From Nageia nagi (lineage: Eukaryota; Plantae; Pinophyta), in the NCBI GenBank assembly GCA_050084985.1, contig JBITNC010000001.1, positions 63,736,001-63,800,000 of the forward strand: a stretch of 64,000 nucleotides of DNA, in the 5' to 3' direction. The translations under genes were made by a program, and so were the position numbers. This document shows, in pieces, positions 1 to 12,098 of this stretch. Below the pieces are notes generated by a model that made no database searches, was not told the DNA's origin, and saw nothing but the letters and a program-made list of their open reading frames with translations. Every line of letters starts with the position of its first letter. Position 1 is the first letter of the stretch.

Positions 1-3000
1 TGGTATAAAGAGAAATAGTAGGCTGCTTCTTAGAAGCCCAAGAGATAGCACTTGAACCAATGCTAAACACATATACAAAGGTTGACTTCAATTCATCTTT
101 ATCTCCTCCATAGTCAAGATCTGAGAATCCAAAGAGAGCAAACAAGGGCAACTTGCAATACTTGAGAGCAAGATCCTTAGTCCCTCCAACATACCTCAAG
201 ATTTGCTTAATAGCATTAAGGTGCTCAACATAAGGCTTCTACATGAATCATGCCATCAAATTCACTATGAAGGCAATATTTGACCTAGATATAGTCAAAT
301 ATAAAAGACTACAGATTAATTACCTATAAGCTATAACATTAGCTAACTAAGAGTTGGAGCTTAGAGAAATATTGATTCTAGGAGAGATTAGGATCATAGC
401 ATGTCTACACTCCTACATTCCAAACTTCTATAAGATGTTTGATATATACTTATATTGACTAAGGTAAGTACAATCCTTGTATTGATACACTTGCATTTCA
501 AGATAGTAGATTAAGAGACGAAGATTAGTCATTTCAAACATTGTCTTAAGTTTAGATATACACTCTTCAATGATTTCATCATTATTTTCAGTAATCAAAA
601 GATCATCCACATAAAGGAGAATCAAGACCACATCTTTTCCTTGATTGACCACATATTAGATTGGAGTTAGAAAAACACTTGAAGAATCCAATGTCTAAGA
701 AGTACCTTGAAATCTTTCTATACCAAGCTTTAAGTGCTTTCTTAATTCCATACAATGACTTCTTTAGTTTGCACACAAAGGAATCTTTAACTTCCACAAT
801 AAGCCCTTTTCGGGTTCATGAAGATTTCCATATCTAAGTCACCATTGATAAATGCACTCTTGACATCAAGTTGAAAAACATTCCATCCTTGAGTTGCAGA
901 ATAAGAAAAGATAACTCTTACAGTAGGCATCTTTGCCATGGGAGCAAAGGTTTCCTCATAATCTACACCATATTTCTAAGCAAAATCTTTAGCTACTAAC
1001 CTTGCTTTGTATTTCTCAATATCTCCTACTAAATTGAACTTGACCTCATAGATCCACTTATTACCAATCACATTCTTTTCATTGGGATAAGGAACCAAGT
1101 TCCAAGTTTTATTTTTCATAAGTTCCTTGTACTTGACTTTTATGGCTTCCATCTAGCACTCATGCTTAGAAGCTTCTTTGAAGGTTAAGAGATCATACTT
1201 ATTATCAATTTTCATAATTAAGGATTTGTTCAAGTTCATGCTCCTTATTACCCTTTATGTTGGAGAATTTTGTTCCTAAAGTAACTTATCTATATCAATA
1301 TCCAACTAGCTAGGAGCAATTGAAGAGTCCTTTGGATCATCAACATTCTTATTAAAAGTAGATTCTTCAAGAAGTTCATTGAACTTTACATCCCTTGATA
1401 TGAATATTGCTTTATAGGTTGGAGAGTAGAGCCTGTAGCCTCTATGTTGACTGTCATAACCCATAAAGATGCATTTTTTAGCTCTTTTGTTCAACTTCTT
1501 CCTTTTGTCAGAAATAATGTAAAAGAATGCTTCACAATCAAACACCCTAAGGTGAGAAATGTTAGGTTTTATTCTTAACCATGCCTCAAAAGGATTTTTA
1601 CTCTGAATGGCTTATGTGGGACAACTATTCAAGGTGTAAATAACAATGCTCATAGCTTCACCCTATAAGAATTTAGGAAGATTACCCAACATGCATCTAG
1701 CCATCTCCATAATTGTTCTATTTCCTTTAGACAACATCATTTTATTGAAGAATGTAAGGAATCATAAACTACCTCTTGATTTCATACTTAGCACAATAGT
1801 CATTGAACTCATTGTTGTTATATTCTCCCCCATTATTTGATCTCAACATCTTGATTTTAAGGTTAGTTTGATTCTCAACAAAGGCTTTAAAAACCTTAAA
1901 ACTTTCAAAAGTTTAATCCTTGTGCTCAAGTAGATACCCAAAGGTCATCCTACTAAAGTCATTAATGAAGGTCAATATGTAAGATGCTCTTCCAATTGAT
2001 AGTCTAAAATGGACCCATCAAATTTGAATGCACAAGTTGAAGAGGTTGAAATGCTCTTGTTGTCTTATCTTTTTCAAACTTTTATTTATGCATCTTACCA
2101 AGAATGCATTTCTTGCATAGACTAATTGAAGGAGAAACTGAAGACAAACTTTCCATAAGTTCTTGGTCTTTTATGACTTGAATACTCTTGTGGTTAAGGT
2201 GCTTTAAATGATGGAGCCAAAGATTGCCTGTTAAACACACACTGGAAGCAAGACACATCTTTGATAGAACTTGATCCATAATGTAGAGGTTATCTTTCAC
2301 TGATATTTTAACCAAAGTGACAAGTCCTTTCTTAATGCACCAAGATTGAGAGTTGAACTCAAAAAAGAACCCTTTTCTAGCAACTTGGATCATAGAGAGA
2401 AGGTTCATCCTTAACGTAGGAACATAGAGAACATTTTCAAGAAACTTTTCATTAATTAGCACACTCTCAATTCCTTGAACTTCAAGGGTAGAGTTATCAC
2501 CTATCAAAATCGCATCCTTTTTATACTTGGTAAAGTTCTCAAACTTTTTTTTTTAAAGAATAGGTGATTAGTGCAACTAGAGTCAGTAATCTATTCATAT
2601 GAAAAGGAGTGAGACATGGAGTAGAGCATTGTAGCAAAACCAACATAAATATTCTTCTTTCCTTTGTAGTTCTTTACATTTCTATTACCTTTATTCTTTT
2701 CCTCTATTTTCTTTTTATACCAATTAATATCTTTGTGAATTTGAATTCCACAATAGTTACAATTACCATCAAACTTTTTCTTAGGATAAGGAGTGTTTGC
2801 TTTGCCTTTTCCATCTCTTTGCTTGAAATGATTGTTGTTACCGTTATTCTAGCTGTTGTGGTCTCTATTGTTCTTGTTGCTGTTGTAGCCATTACCTCTT
2901 TTCTCAAACCTTTTGGAGGAAGAAGGATAAGATTTCTTTTGATGGTTAAACTTCTTTTTGAAAAGAGTTTTAGTTGCTTTAAGAGAAACATTATTATCCT

Positions 3001-3601
3001 TACGAGAAGAAATCAACTCTTTATTATTAAAGGTTTTCTCATGCTTCAATAGGTGCCTTGAAAGGTTCTCAAGTGAGAGGACATCTCTTTCATCATCAAG
3101 CCTTATTTCTATAATTGTCACAAAGTTTCCAAACTTTGAAGAGAGGCTTTGGAGAATGATGAAGACCATGAACTCTTCATTGATCCAATTGCAGCCACAA
3201 GTAACAAGTTGGGTCTTTAGATCAATGATTTTGTTTAAGTAGATAGCCACATTTTCATTTTCCCCTTGATGAGATTGAAGTAAATTTTGGAGAATGGTAA
3301 ATATTCTTGAAAAGTTTGAACCAAGGTATATTTTCTTTAGCTTATACCATGCTTCCTTTACCAAGGTTGAAGAGGAAATCATCAGGAGCACATCATCTAA
3401 AATTGCACAATAAATCATGAAGGTTTCTAACTCATTCTTTATGTTGTAAGCCTCTAGTTCCTTCTCATCTATAGGAGGTACAAGGTTCTCATTCATTGTT
3501 TACCAAAGCTTCCTTACCTGCAATTTAGCTCTCATCTAAGGTTCCTAAATCCTATAGTTGGAACCATCAAGAATGTGTTCAGGTAAAAAGTATTCTCCCA
3601 T
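1..3601 (-). pseudogene. Copia gag-pol polyprotein, disrupted by stops and frameshifts
   Basis: ORF fragments 2849-3496, 2082-2507, 1306-1545, 603-797 and 428-652. ATG at 3601 (MGEYFLPEHILDGSNY). Several TGG>TAG-type stops. Confidence 0.9.
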
Positions 3602-4439
3602 TTGTCACACAAGAATGTGAAATAATAAGCATATGGTTTCAACATCAAATGTTGAGTTTTAACCAAGTAAATAATACATGTTATATTTAACACTAAAAAC
3701 ATGCTTAATTTGATCTAATGTGAAAAAATGAGGGTCCTTCTCAAAAAACCTATCACATACCAAATCATTAACCTGAATAGATCTAGGGCGAAAAAATGAG
3801 GGTCCTCCTTTATCTACCATCTTAACTGATCGATACCTTTGAAATAAGCCTTCTTTTGGCTCAACTTCTAATATTTTAAGTTAATTCCAACACCTTTGGA
3901 TCGATGTAGAAAATCCTCTTCTCCTTTGTGATCCCTATGACACCCTCAATATAGAGACACCTCTTCATGGTGATCCCTCTCATGCATCCTATGCAAGGGT
4001 GCCTCCTCTCCTTCATGCCCCCTCTACACATGCATCTCTCCTCTTGGATCCCTTTCTCAAATATAAGTAGATATCCTATTTTGGGGCATCCTATGGCTTT
4101 CCCCATGACCTATAACCCTCTTCAATGCATATCTAGTTGCATGCACATTTTGGATCTACATTTGTTTCATTATGGTCCTCATCATGGTTAATAGATCATA
4201 AAAAAAAAAATTCAGCCAAATATTTGGGCTAAATCTCCCTTTCTTCTTCATGAATCTCTTCCTCATCACCAGACGTATGCTCAAGAGCATTCACCTAGCT
4301 TTTATGAGCATATTCTCCATGAGACTTCTCAATGTCTTCCTTAGATATGGTTTGAGAAGCCATGGGAATCTTCTTCTTGTGTTGATAGACCTTCTTATCT
4401 TATTACATCCATAATCCTCCCACAAAATGATAGAATCAA

Positions 4440-4451
4440 GCTCTAATACCA
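4440..4451 (-). promoter_or_regulatory. Primer-binding site (tRNA-iMet)
   Basis: Reverse complement TGGTATTAGAGC versus consensus TGGTATCAGAGC. Confidence 0.85.
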
Positions 4452-4566
4452 TTATGATGTGGTAAAATTATTCTTATGCCACATTATTATGTATAAATCT
4501 AAGGAACTATGTTAAGCTCAAAAATAATACAACATATACAAATATTGCTTAAAAATTCTAACATCA

Positions 4567-5608
4567 CATAAGAAAGCTTAAAATTGACATAAAATATGGG
4601 ATCCAAGGTCAAATCAAGCAAATACAAACTCATGAAGCCAAGTAGGCTTGATGTTTGGCCATAGTAGCTATATTAAAACCTCAATGATGATAATATGCTC
4701 CTAGAAGGCTAATGTTTGGATCTTAGGTCTATAAGTGAGCAAATTGAAGTAAACAATGACTAAAGGTTTCTATCCTTAGCCATATCTAATGGAGTTTTCA
4801 TCCACTAAATCCTTCTCTTGTAGGGTTTCATCTAAAGAAGGTCCAAGAGATGACTCCACACCATACTCTGAATGAAATATGGTAAGTATGATCAAATTTT
4901 TTCCTCCAAATAATGTATCAAGCACCTAAGTAATTAGATGTCTCACTAGGAATCCTAGATATTGCCTAGGAATCCATGCCAATTGCAAACTAAAAATAAT
5001 GCATGAATAATAAATAGAAGCATTATTCTTCAACAATATAATATTGAAGCATATATCAAAAATATGAATTTATTATGAACATGATAAATGAGATGTCTTC
5101 ATCAAATCCACATTTAAATTAAATTACATGAATCATATATCAATCGTAATAACATTGTATGAGAAATGAACACTTTTAATAGCCTTTAAGCAACATGCCA
5201 TTAACAACCCATAATATGCATATCCATAATTAGAAATTGAAATGCATGAAACAAGATTTAGGGTATAACAGATCTAATAATGGGTGGTGTTACAAAACAC
5301 CTTTGTTGGTCAAGTAAAATGATATTGCATGCTCTAATATTTTTCTTTGGATCTTTATTCCTATCCGATTATGTTACCTTTGATGTTTTTTTATAGCAAC
5401 ATTTTGATCCTCTTTGATTCTTGGGATCATTGTATAATACATTATTTATGGTGTCTTTCTTAATATTTGATACCTCTTACATTATTCAATGATCCATTCC
5501 ATTGATTACATTACCTTGGGTATATTTTAACTCTTTTTACAATAAATATTTCTTGATGCTATAAAATGAATTATTTAATACAAGAAAATTCATTTTTAGA
5601 CATCTACA
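4567..5608 (-). repeat. Gypsy 3' LTR (left boundary uncertain)
   Basis: Minus strand reads PPT AAAGAGGGGAAAA then TGTAGATGTCTAAAAATG at 5608. Bases 4985-5608 align with 15900-16626. Confidence 0.7.
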
Positions 5609-7920
5609 TTTTCCCCTCTTTAGAGGTGTGATTGAAGAAATGAAATTACATAGAATAAGTATAGAAGAAATCCTTGAACTCTATATCCAGCACTACCATT
5701 TGATGATGAGGGTCATTTTCATTACCCTTTTAACTTGGTTTCCCCAAGAAAGCTCCTTGAGTGGTGTATTTAACACAAAACCTGAATAACTATATCTTTT
5801 TTCCCCTTGTGTTGTCCAACCATGAATTTGACTACTTCTTTTGTTTTTAACACTTCAAAGTCTTATGTTATGACATCCATGCCTTGATGTAAAGGTGGTC
5901 CCTTGATTTCAACTCTTATTTAATTGATGTGAACACCATTGATAGCATGTAAATAGTTTGGAATACCATTAACAATATGAATTCTACTTCATTTGCTTTC
6001 CTTCTTTTGATGTAGGTACTTGCAAAAAGTGTTAGACATACCTTGCATAAAAATATTTTTGATACATAATGAGTTACATCATCCATTGAAGATGAGTCAA
6101 TGTCAGCAATCTACTTATGGATACATCATCATGTTTTCTTTTAAGTGAGTGAGTTTTTATTGGCCGTAAATATGGTTATCGATGATTATACATTTTATGT
6201 ATAGGACCTTGAGATATTATGTTTTATATGGCTCAAAGTAAAACCATGTGTATACATAACAAGTTGCATCATTCATTAAGGATGAATCAATATCAACATC
6301 TTACTCATGGTTGCATCATCGATTTAAATTTTAAGTGAGTCAACTCTCACTAGTTGTATTCATGGCCATCGATAACCTAGCATTTTTATGTCCATGGTTC
6401 ACAGACATTATACTAGCTTTTTCATTTTTCTATTTTTTTATGCCATCTATCCACCATCATGGTATTGAAAGTGTTCAGATAGTATCACATGTTGGTGATA
6501 GCATGAATCCTCATTATATTCATTCAAAAATTATTCATGCACCATTATACTATCATCTCATACCTTGGTAGCACGAGCCCTCTTGCTGATCATCCCACAG
6601 GATTGTACTATCATCTCATATTCATCTAAAAAGTTATCTTATGTTGATCATCAAGATTTACCCAAATCTAGTTATAGCTTGAAAAATCATCCATAAGGTA
6701 TAAAATCTCATACCTTGTTGTATTGTTGACTAAGATATCAATGTTGAGTAATGGGAATTCATCCTTAGGACACACCTTATTAAGATCATGAAAATCCATG
6801 CAAATATGGATATGACCATTAGATTGATCAATAGGAACCATATTGGATACCCACTTAGCGTAATCAATAGATTTGATGAAGTGGGCTTTCAAGAGCTTTT
6901 GAAGCTCATCCTTTATCAAAAGAGATTGGGCTGGATTAAACTTCATAGGTTTTTTCTTGATCGTCTTGACATCAAGATAAGTCACAATGTTGTGCATGAC
7001 AAGCTTAGGATCTAAGCCTAGCATGTCATTGTAACCAAAATAAAATATCTTATGACACTCAATCAAAATTTATTTATCTAAGTCACACTCAAACTCATTC
7101 AAAGGTCACCAACGTAAATGATCTTAAGGTCTTCGGGGATCATCACTAATATCAATCTCAATATGGCCATCCACATGCATGTGGGATCCTTCTTCAAGCT
7201 ACTTGAGGATGGGGAGATATGAGTAATCATCTTTGGTAGGATCAAGAATGGAGGACATGAAACACAAGAAATATGCTTAATGAAAAGACCAATGAGAAGG
7301 AAAACAAACCTTGCATGGAGAAAAGAAGCTTGATGGTGACATGGAGAAATCCATGGAGTTGGGACCAACAGTAATCAAAGAGTCACCATCAAGAGAATGA
7401 TAAAAAGAATCAAGCTCATAAAAAGAAACCATATTGATGGAAATAACTAAAACTGAAGATGAGGTATCATCAAAGAAGTCCAATGGGATGGAAAAATCCA
7501 CTGACCTATGACTAGAAAGGTGAAAATAAAGACCAATATCATCAACATCAAAAGATTGATCATGAATGTCAAGGTTGGAAAACTCTTCTTCAAGCACTGA
7601 GGATTTGGGACCTTTAAAACCAAAGCCCCTCTTATCATGACTAGCTTGAAAAGTGGCTTGGAAGGTATAGACCATGCCTTGCTTAAACTTTCCTAGCCCA
7701 TAACCTTACCATTTACATTATTGAAAATATCATCAAATAAAATTAGGACATGACAAGTAATCGATCTTAGCACAAAACCTCTCTTTCAAAGGATAATCGA
7801 GAGAGACATCGTATGGGGAATCAACACCAATATAAATAAAGATAAACTATTTTGGATCTTGATTTAAAGGAATAACATATCCAATGGTAATAGATGTGTC
7901 TTAAGGTCAACCAAAATCTT
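5609..7920 (-). mobile_element. Decayed Ogre/Tat-type Ty3/gypsy internal region (G-patch, RT fragment, 3' region)
   Basis: ORF 6668-7066 has WVSNMVP and CMDFHDLNKVCPKDEFPL (gypsy RT). A G-patch-like GYGLGKFKQG...KRGFGF lies at ~7610-7710. PPT adjacent to 5609. Confidence 0.8.
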
Positions 7921-7945
7921 TAACTAAATCAACATGACATGACAT

Positions 7946-8811
7946 TGGCTGTTGTGGTTTTTATTGTTCTTGTTACTATTGTAGCCATTACCTCTTTTCT
8001 CAAACCTTTTGGAGGAAGAAGGATAAGATTTCTTTTGATGGTTAAACTTCTTTTTGAAAGAAGTTTTGGTTGCTCCAAGAGCAACATTATTATCCTTGGG
8101 AGAAGAAATCAACCCTTTATTGTTAAGGGTTTCCTCATGCTTCAATAGGTACCTTTAAAGGTTCTCAATGAAGAAGACTTATTTTTCATCATCAAGCCTT
8201 GTTTCCATAACTATCACAAAATTTTCAAACTTTGAAGATAGGCTTTGAATAATGATGAAGACCATGAACTCTTCATTGATCCAATTATAGCCACAAGTAA
8301 CAAGTTGGGTCTTTAGATCAATGATTTTGTTTAAGTAGATAGCCACATTTTCATTTTCCCCTTGACGAGATTGAAGCAACTTTTGGAGAATGGTAAATAT
8401 TATTGAAAAGTTTGAACCAAGGTAGATTTACTTTAGCTTATCCCATGCTTCCTTTATCATGGTTGAAGAGGAAATCATCAAGAGCAAATCATCTAAAATT
8501 GCATGATTAATCATGGAGGTTTTCAACTCATTCTTTGTGTTGTAAGCCTTTAGTGCCTTCTCATCTGTAGGAGGTACAAGGTTCTCATTAACTATTTACC
8601 AAAGCTTCCTTGCCTGTAATTCAACTCTCATCTGAGGTTTCCAACTCCCATAGTTGGAATCATCAAGAATGTGTTTGGGTAAAAAATATTCTTCCATTTA
8701 CTACACAAGAATGTGAAATAATAAGCATATGGTTTCAACATCAAATATTGAGTTTTAACCAAGTAAATAATACATGTTATATTTAACACTAAACGCATGC
8801 TTGATTTGATT
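7946..8811 (-). pseudogene. Second, truncated copy of the copia gag region
   Basis: Colinear with 2851-3714 and highly similar by eye (KKKFNHQKKSYPSSSKRFEKRGNGYNSNKNN identical). Confidence 0.9.
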
Positions 8812-11459
8812 GACAAGTGTAAATTTTTTATAATTCAAATAATAATCCATGTACCTAAATACATTTCTCATCTCAAGAACCATATATGTAGAGCGACATT
8901 GTTGAAGCTTATTTTATTGTCTAAAAAATAGAACTTCACCTAGATGCCCACACAAGAGGAACCCAAGTACTACCAATCCTCAACTAGTTCCCTTTGGGCA
9001 ATAATATACTCTCACAAGGAGAAGTACTAGCTATTTTTCAAGGTTCCAATGTTTATTGGATTGACCAAATTATTAATCTTGATTAGGTTTCAAGTTATCC
9101 TTCTAGGTTATCAAGATAATCTCTGAATGGATATGCGGATAAGCAGTATCACTACACACATATATGTCCACCTATTAGAGTTAAATCTAGACCAATAATG
9201 GACTTAGAGGTAATTAAGAAGTACAAACTTTTCACCACTTGGATTATCAAATTTAAAGGCTCCAGACTGCTTATCCTCACCTCATGGCTCCTTAAACAAG
9301 TCATGTTGCAGAATGTATGTGTGAATGTGTTTATTTTTAGGGATTGCTTATATCAATGTTTGCATTTTTGTTTGCATAAGCAAATAAATCAAAAATAAAA
9401 AAAGAGCATAAGTAAAACATCATCCATTCAATAACTTGAAACCTAAGTGTCCAATGGGTTTTGTTTACCAACCCCTAAAGGACATCTTTACATCATCTCT
9501 TATTTTACACAAGTCCATTCCATACTTTGCAGAAGAAAATAAAATTAAAGAGTCATCAGTTGTATCATAACTTAAAAAATTTAAGTAATAAGCCTGAACC
9601 ATTCCATTAGCTTAAATAATTAAGTAAGAATCCATCATTCTTTAAGAAAATTAAGCATGCACCATTTCATTAATTTGCATAAAAATTGAATGCTTAGAGA
9701 GATATAGAGAAACTTAGATATGCATTCATTCTAATATTTTTAAGTAAAAATGTCAAAATTCCTCCTCTTGTTATCTACTGAATAAAAACTTTTAAGCAAT
9801 ATGATCCCTTTAATATTTACTTAGGTAAAAAAAAAGTCAATTTTTACCTTAGAAAAAAAATTACACCACAATTATCATTTTACCTAAATAATTTATGAAG
9901 GTAAAAAGGTTATACTTCTAAGTAAAAAAAAATCCATTTTTACTTTAAAAAATTATTTTTTCCATTATTACCTTAAAAAGTTCACTACTTTCCAATCCTA
10001 CAAGAATTAAATGGAAAAAAAGGAGACCCATACCCCTCCTACATGCATATTTAATTTATTAGGGCTTGCTTGTAAAAAAAATCATAATTAATGCAAAAAA
10101 CAATTTTCCCAAACACTCAAGTCAGACATATTAGAGGATTGACATGCAAGGCACAAAGGTAGGTGAACAAATTCCCAAAATAATGATGTGCTTAGAAAGA
10201 TAGAGCCCCTTGTTTTTAAAATAAAGGACTTCATTTAATATGAGCTATTGGCTATGTAGGTCAATTTTTATCATCTGAAGAGGCTATGATACGATGTTTG
10301 AGGAGGCTATCTGGACTTGGTTATGAAGCACATTAGAGGCAACAAGGAGGGGTCGCAAGTGGAGAGGAGAGGCAATGATGAAGTGATGGTGGTGAGCAGA
10401 TGGAGGAATCATGCATAAAGGGAGTTGAATGCCTTCAAATCTCCTTTCCTACTGACCTAAACACAGCCTACCAAGGGCCAAGAAGGCTGTGTAGAGGCTT
10501 GATTAAAGTTTTGATGATAGAGAACCACCATCGCTAGCCTAGAAGAAGTGAGAAGGGGGCCTTGCAAGGTTTTAAGAGCCAAAAGAAATTTGCTCAAGGT
10601 GGTAAGGAGCTACGTAAGAATGGAGGATCTGCTTGACCTTTCGCACCCAAAATAAGGACACAAAGGAAGAGAAGATGACTAGTCATAAGGGGCCAATCAT
10701 TAAATGGCCATGAGGGCCTTTTGATTGGCATGAATAAGAAGTAAGTAGGGTTTTAGATGCAAAAAGGAGTCTATCGCTAGGTGGTGAGGAGATGCATTAC
10801 GAAGGGTTACGGGGGCTAGGTCAATTGGAGATGTCATGCGCTGACGATAGAGGGCGATAGGGAGTCAAAAGACCTCACAAGACATAGAGATAGGCCAATA
10901 GAGACCAAGCAGAACCTAGAAAAGTGTAGCAGTAAAGACCTACCAAAACAAAATCACATCAACCTTGGAGAAGAAAGGAGACACGGCATAATCATCAAAG
11001 ATTATTGTAAATAATTTTTCATAGTTATGACTAGCAAAGACCAATGTATTTTAAAAATATATATTTATGTATATATATATTTGATAGAAATACTAAATTT
11101 CTCCCTTCCTTTTTTTTGAAAAAATTAACTTGCCTTGCCTACTGAAGCTCACATTCAAATATAGGCACATAGATTTAAATAATATTTTATATAATTTTTG
11201 TATAATGAAAAACATATTTAAACAAAAAAATACATATATATATTTTTTTGTAAAAAAATGTAACCTTTTATTTTAAGCAAGCTTAAAAAAAAGGATAAAA
11301 AATGCGTTATAAGGTGAAAAGAAATTTTGTATACTATCCTCTTAAATAGAAAATATATCAAAGTATTTAAACAAATTGCAATTAACATGAGAGGATAGTG
11401 TATATATATATATATATATAGAAAATTTCATTATAATGCTATTTTAATTATATTTTTCT

Positions 11460-12098
11460 TAAAAAAGAACTAACACATAGCAAATAATATGTTAGTATCA
11501 TAAAAAAATAACCAAGAATAAGGATTTTATACCTTCTCTTGAATTTTTCCTCAACAATGAAGAGTAGAGAGAAGAATGAAGACCTCCAAGTTGAAGATGA
11601 GTCTCCAAACCAAGGATGTGAGGAGGAGCCTTCAAGGTGATCTAATACCAATTTGAAGGAAATAACACTAAAATATAATTCTTAATCAACCAAGATCACA
11701 TGAAAGCTCTCAATTCACATCTAACTATCACACAAAGAAATCTCACAAAGATAACACAAGATGTAAGTGGTTCCTCCAACTAGGAGTACATCCACTAACT
11801 AGATCTCTCTTCTTAACAAAAATGAACTCTTACAATCCTCCTACTCTTTTCTCTTAACCATTATCTTATATCATAACTTTACTCCATAATTAGTGTGATC
11901 ACAAAGAGGGAGCCTTCTATTTATAGGCCAAAATCTCTCTTTAGATCATCCTTTTATCCAATGTACAAAAGCATGGCATGCACATCCTTTTACCTAAGGG
12001 GCATGCTCATGACATGGAGTATAGGACAAGTTACATTATCATATTCATTTAAATACTTAAGGTATCAAATGATACCCTTAATTATTAGTGAACTTACA
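11460..12098 (-). mobile_element. Truncated copia: 5' LTR (11654-12098), PBS and leader
   Basis: + strand TGAAGGAAATAACAC...CTTACA. PBS TGGTATTAGA at 11641-11650 (minus). Minus-strand TATA (ctatttatagg) at ~11917. Confidence 0.75.

Larger units (their letters stand above)
1..4566 (-). mobile_element. Decayed Ty1/copia LTR retrotransposon, 3' end beyond window start
   Basis: Minus-strand gag (2849-3601), protease/GAG-pre-integrase (IGDNSTLEVQG, LWLHHLKHLN), integrase (KCIFMGYD) and RT (LKKSLYGIKKA, LYVDDLLIT) in copia order. tRNA-Met PBS at 4440-4451. Short putative 5' LTR at 4455-~4566 (TGATGT...ACATCA). Confidence 0.92.

Noticed and set aside
3602-3836. Intron fusing the copia upstream ORF to gag
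   Set aside because: The candidate GT/AG pair gives an out-of-frame join, and the AG is present only in the second copy.
10250-10980. Purine-rich block, possible LINE or gag remnant
   Set aside because: No recognisable motif could be read.
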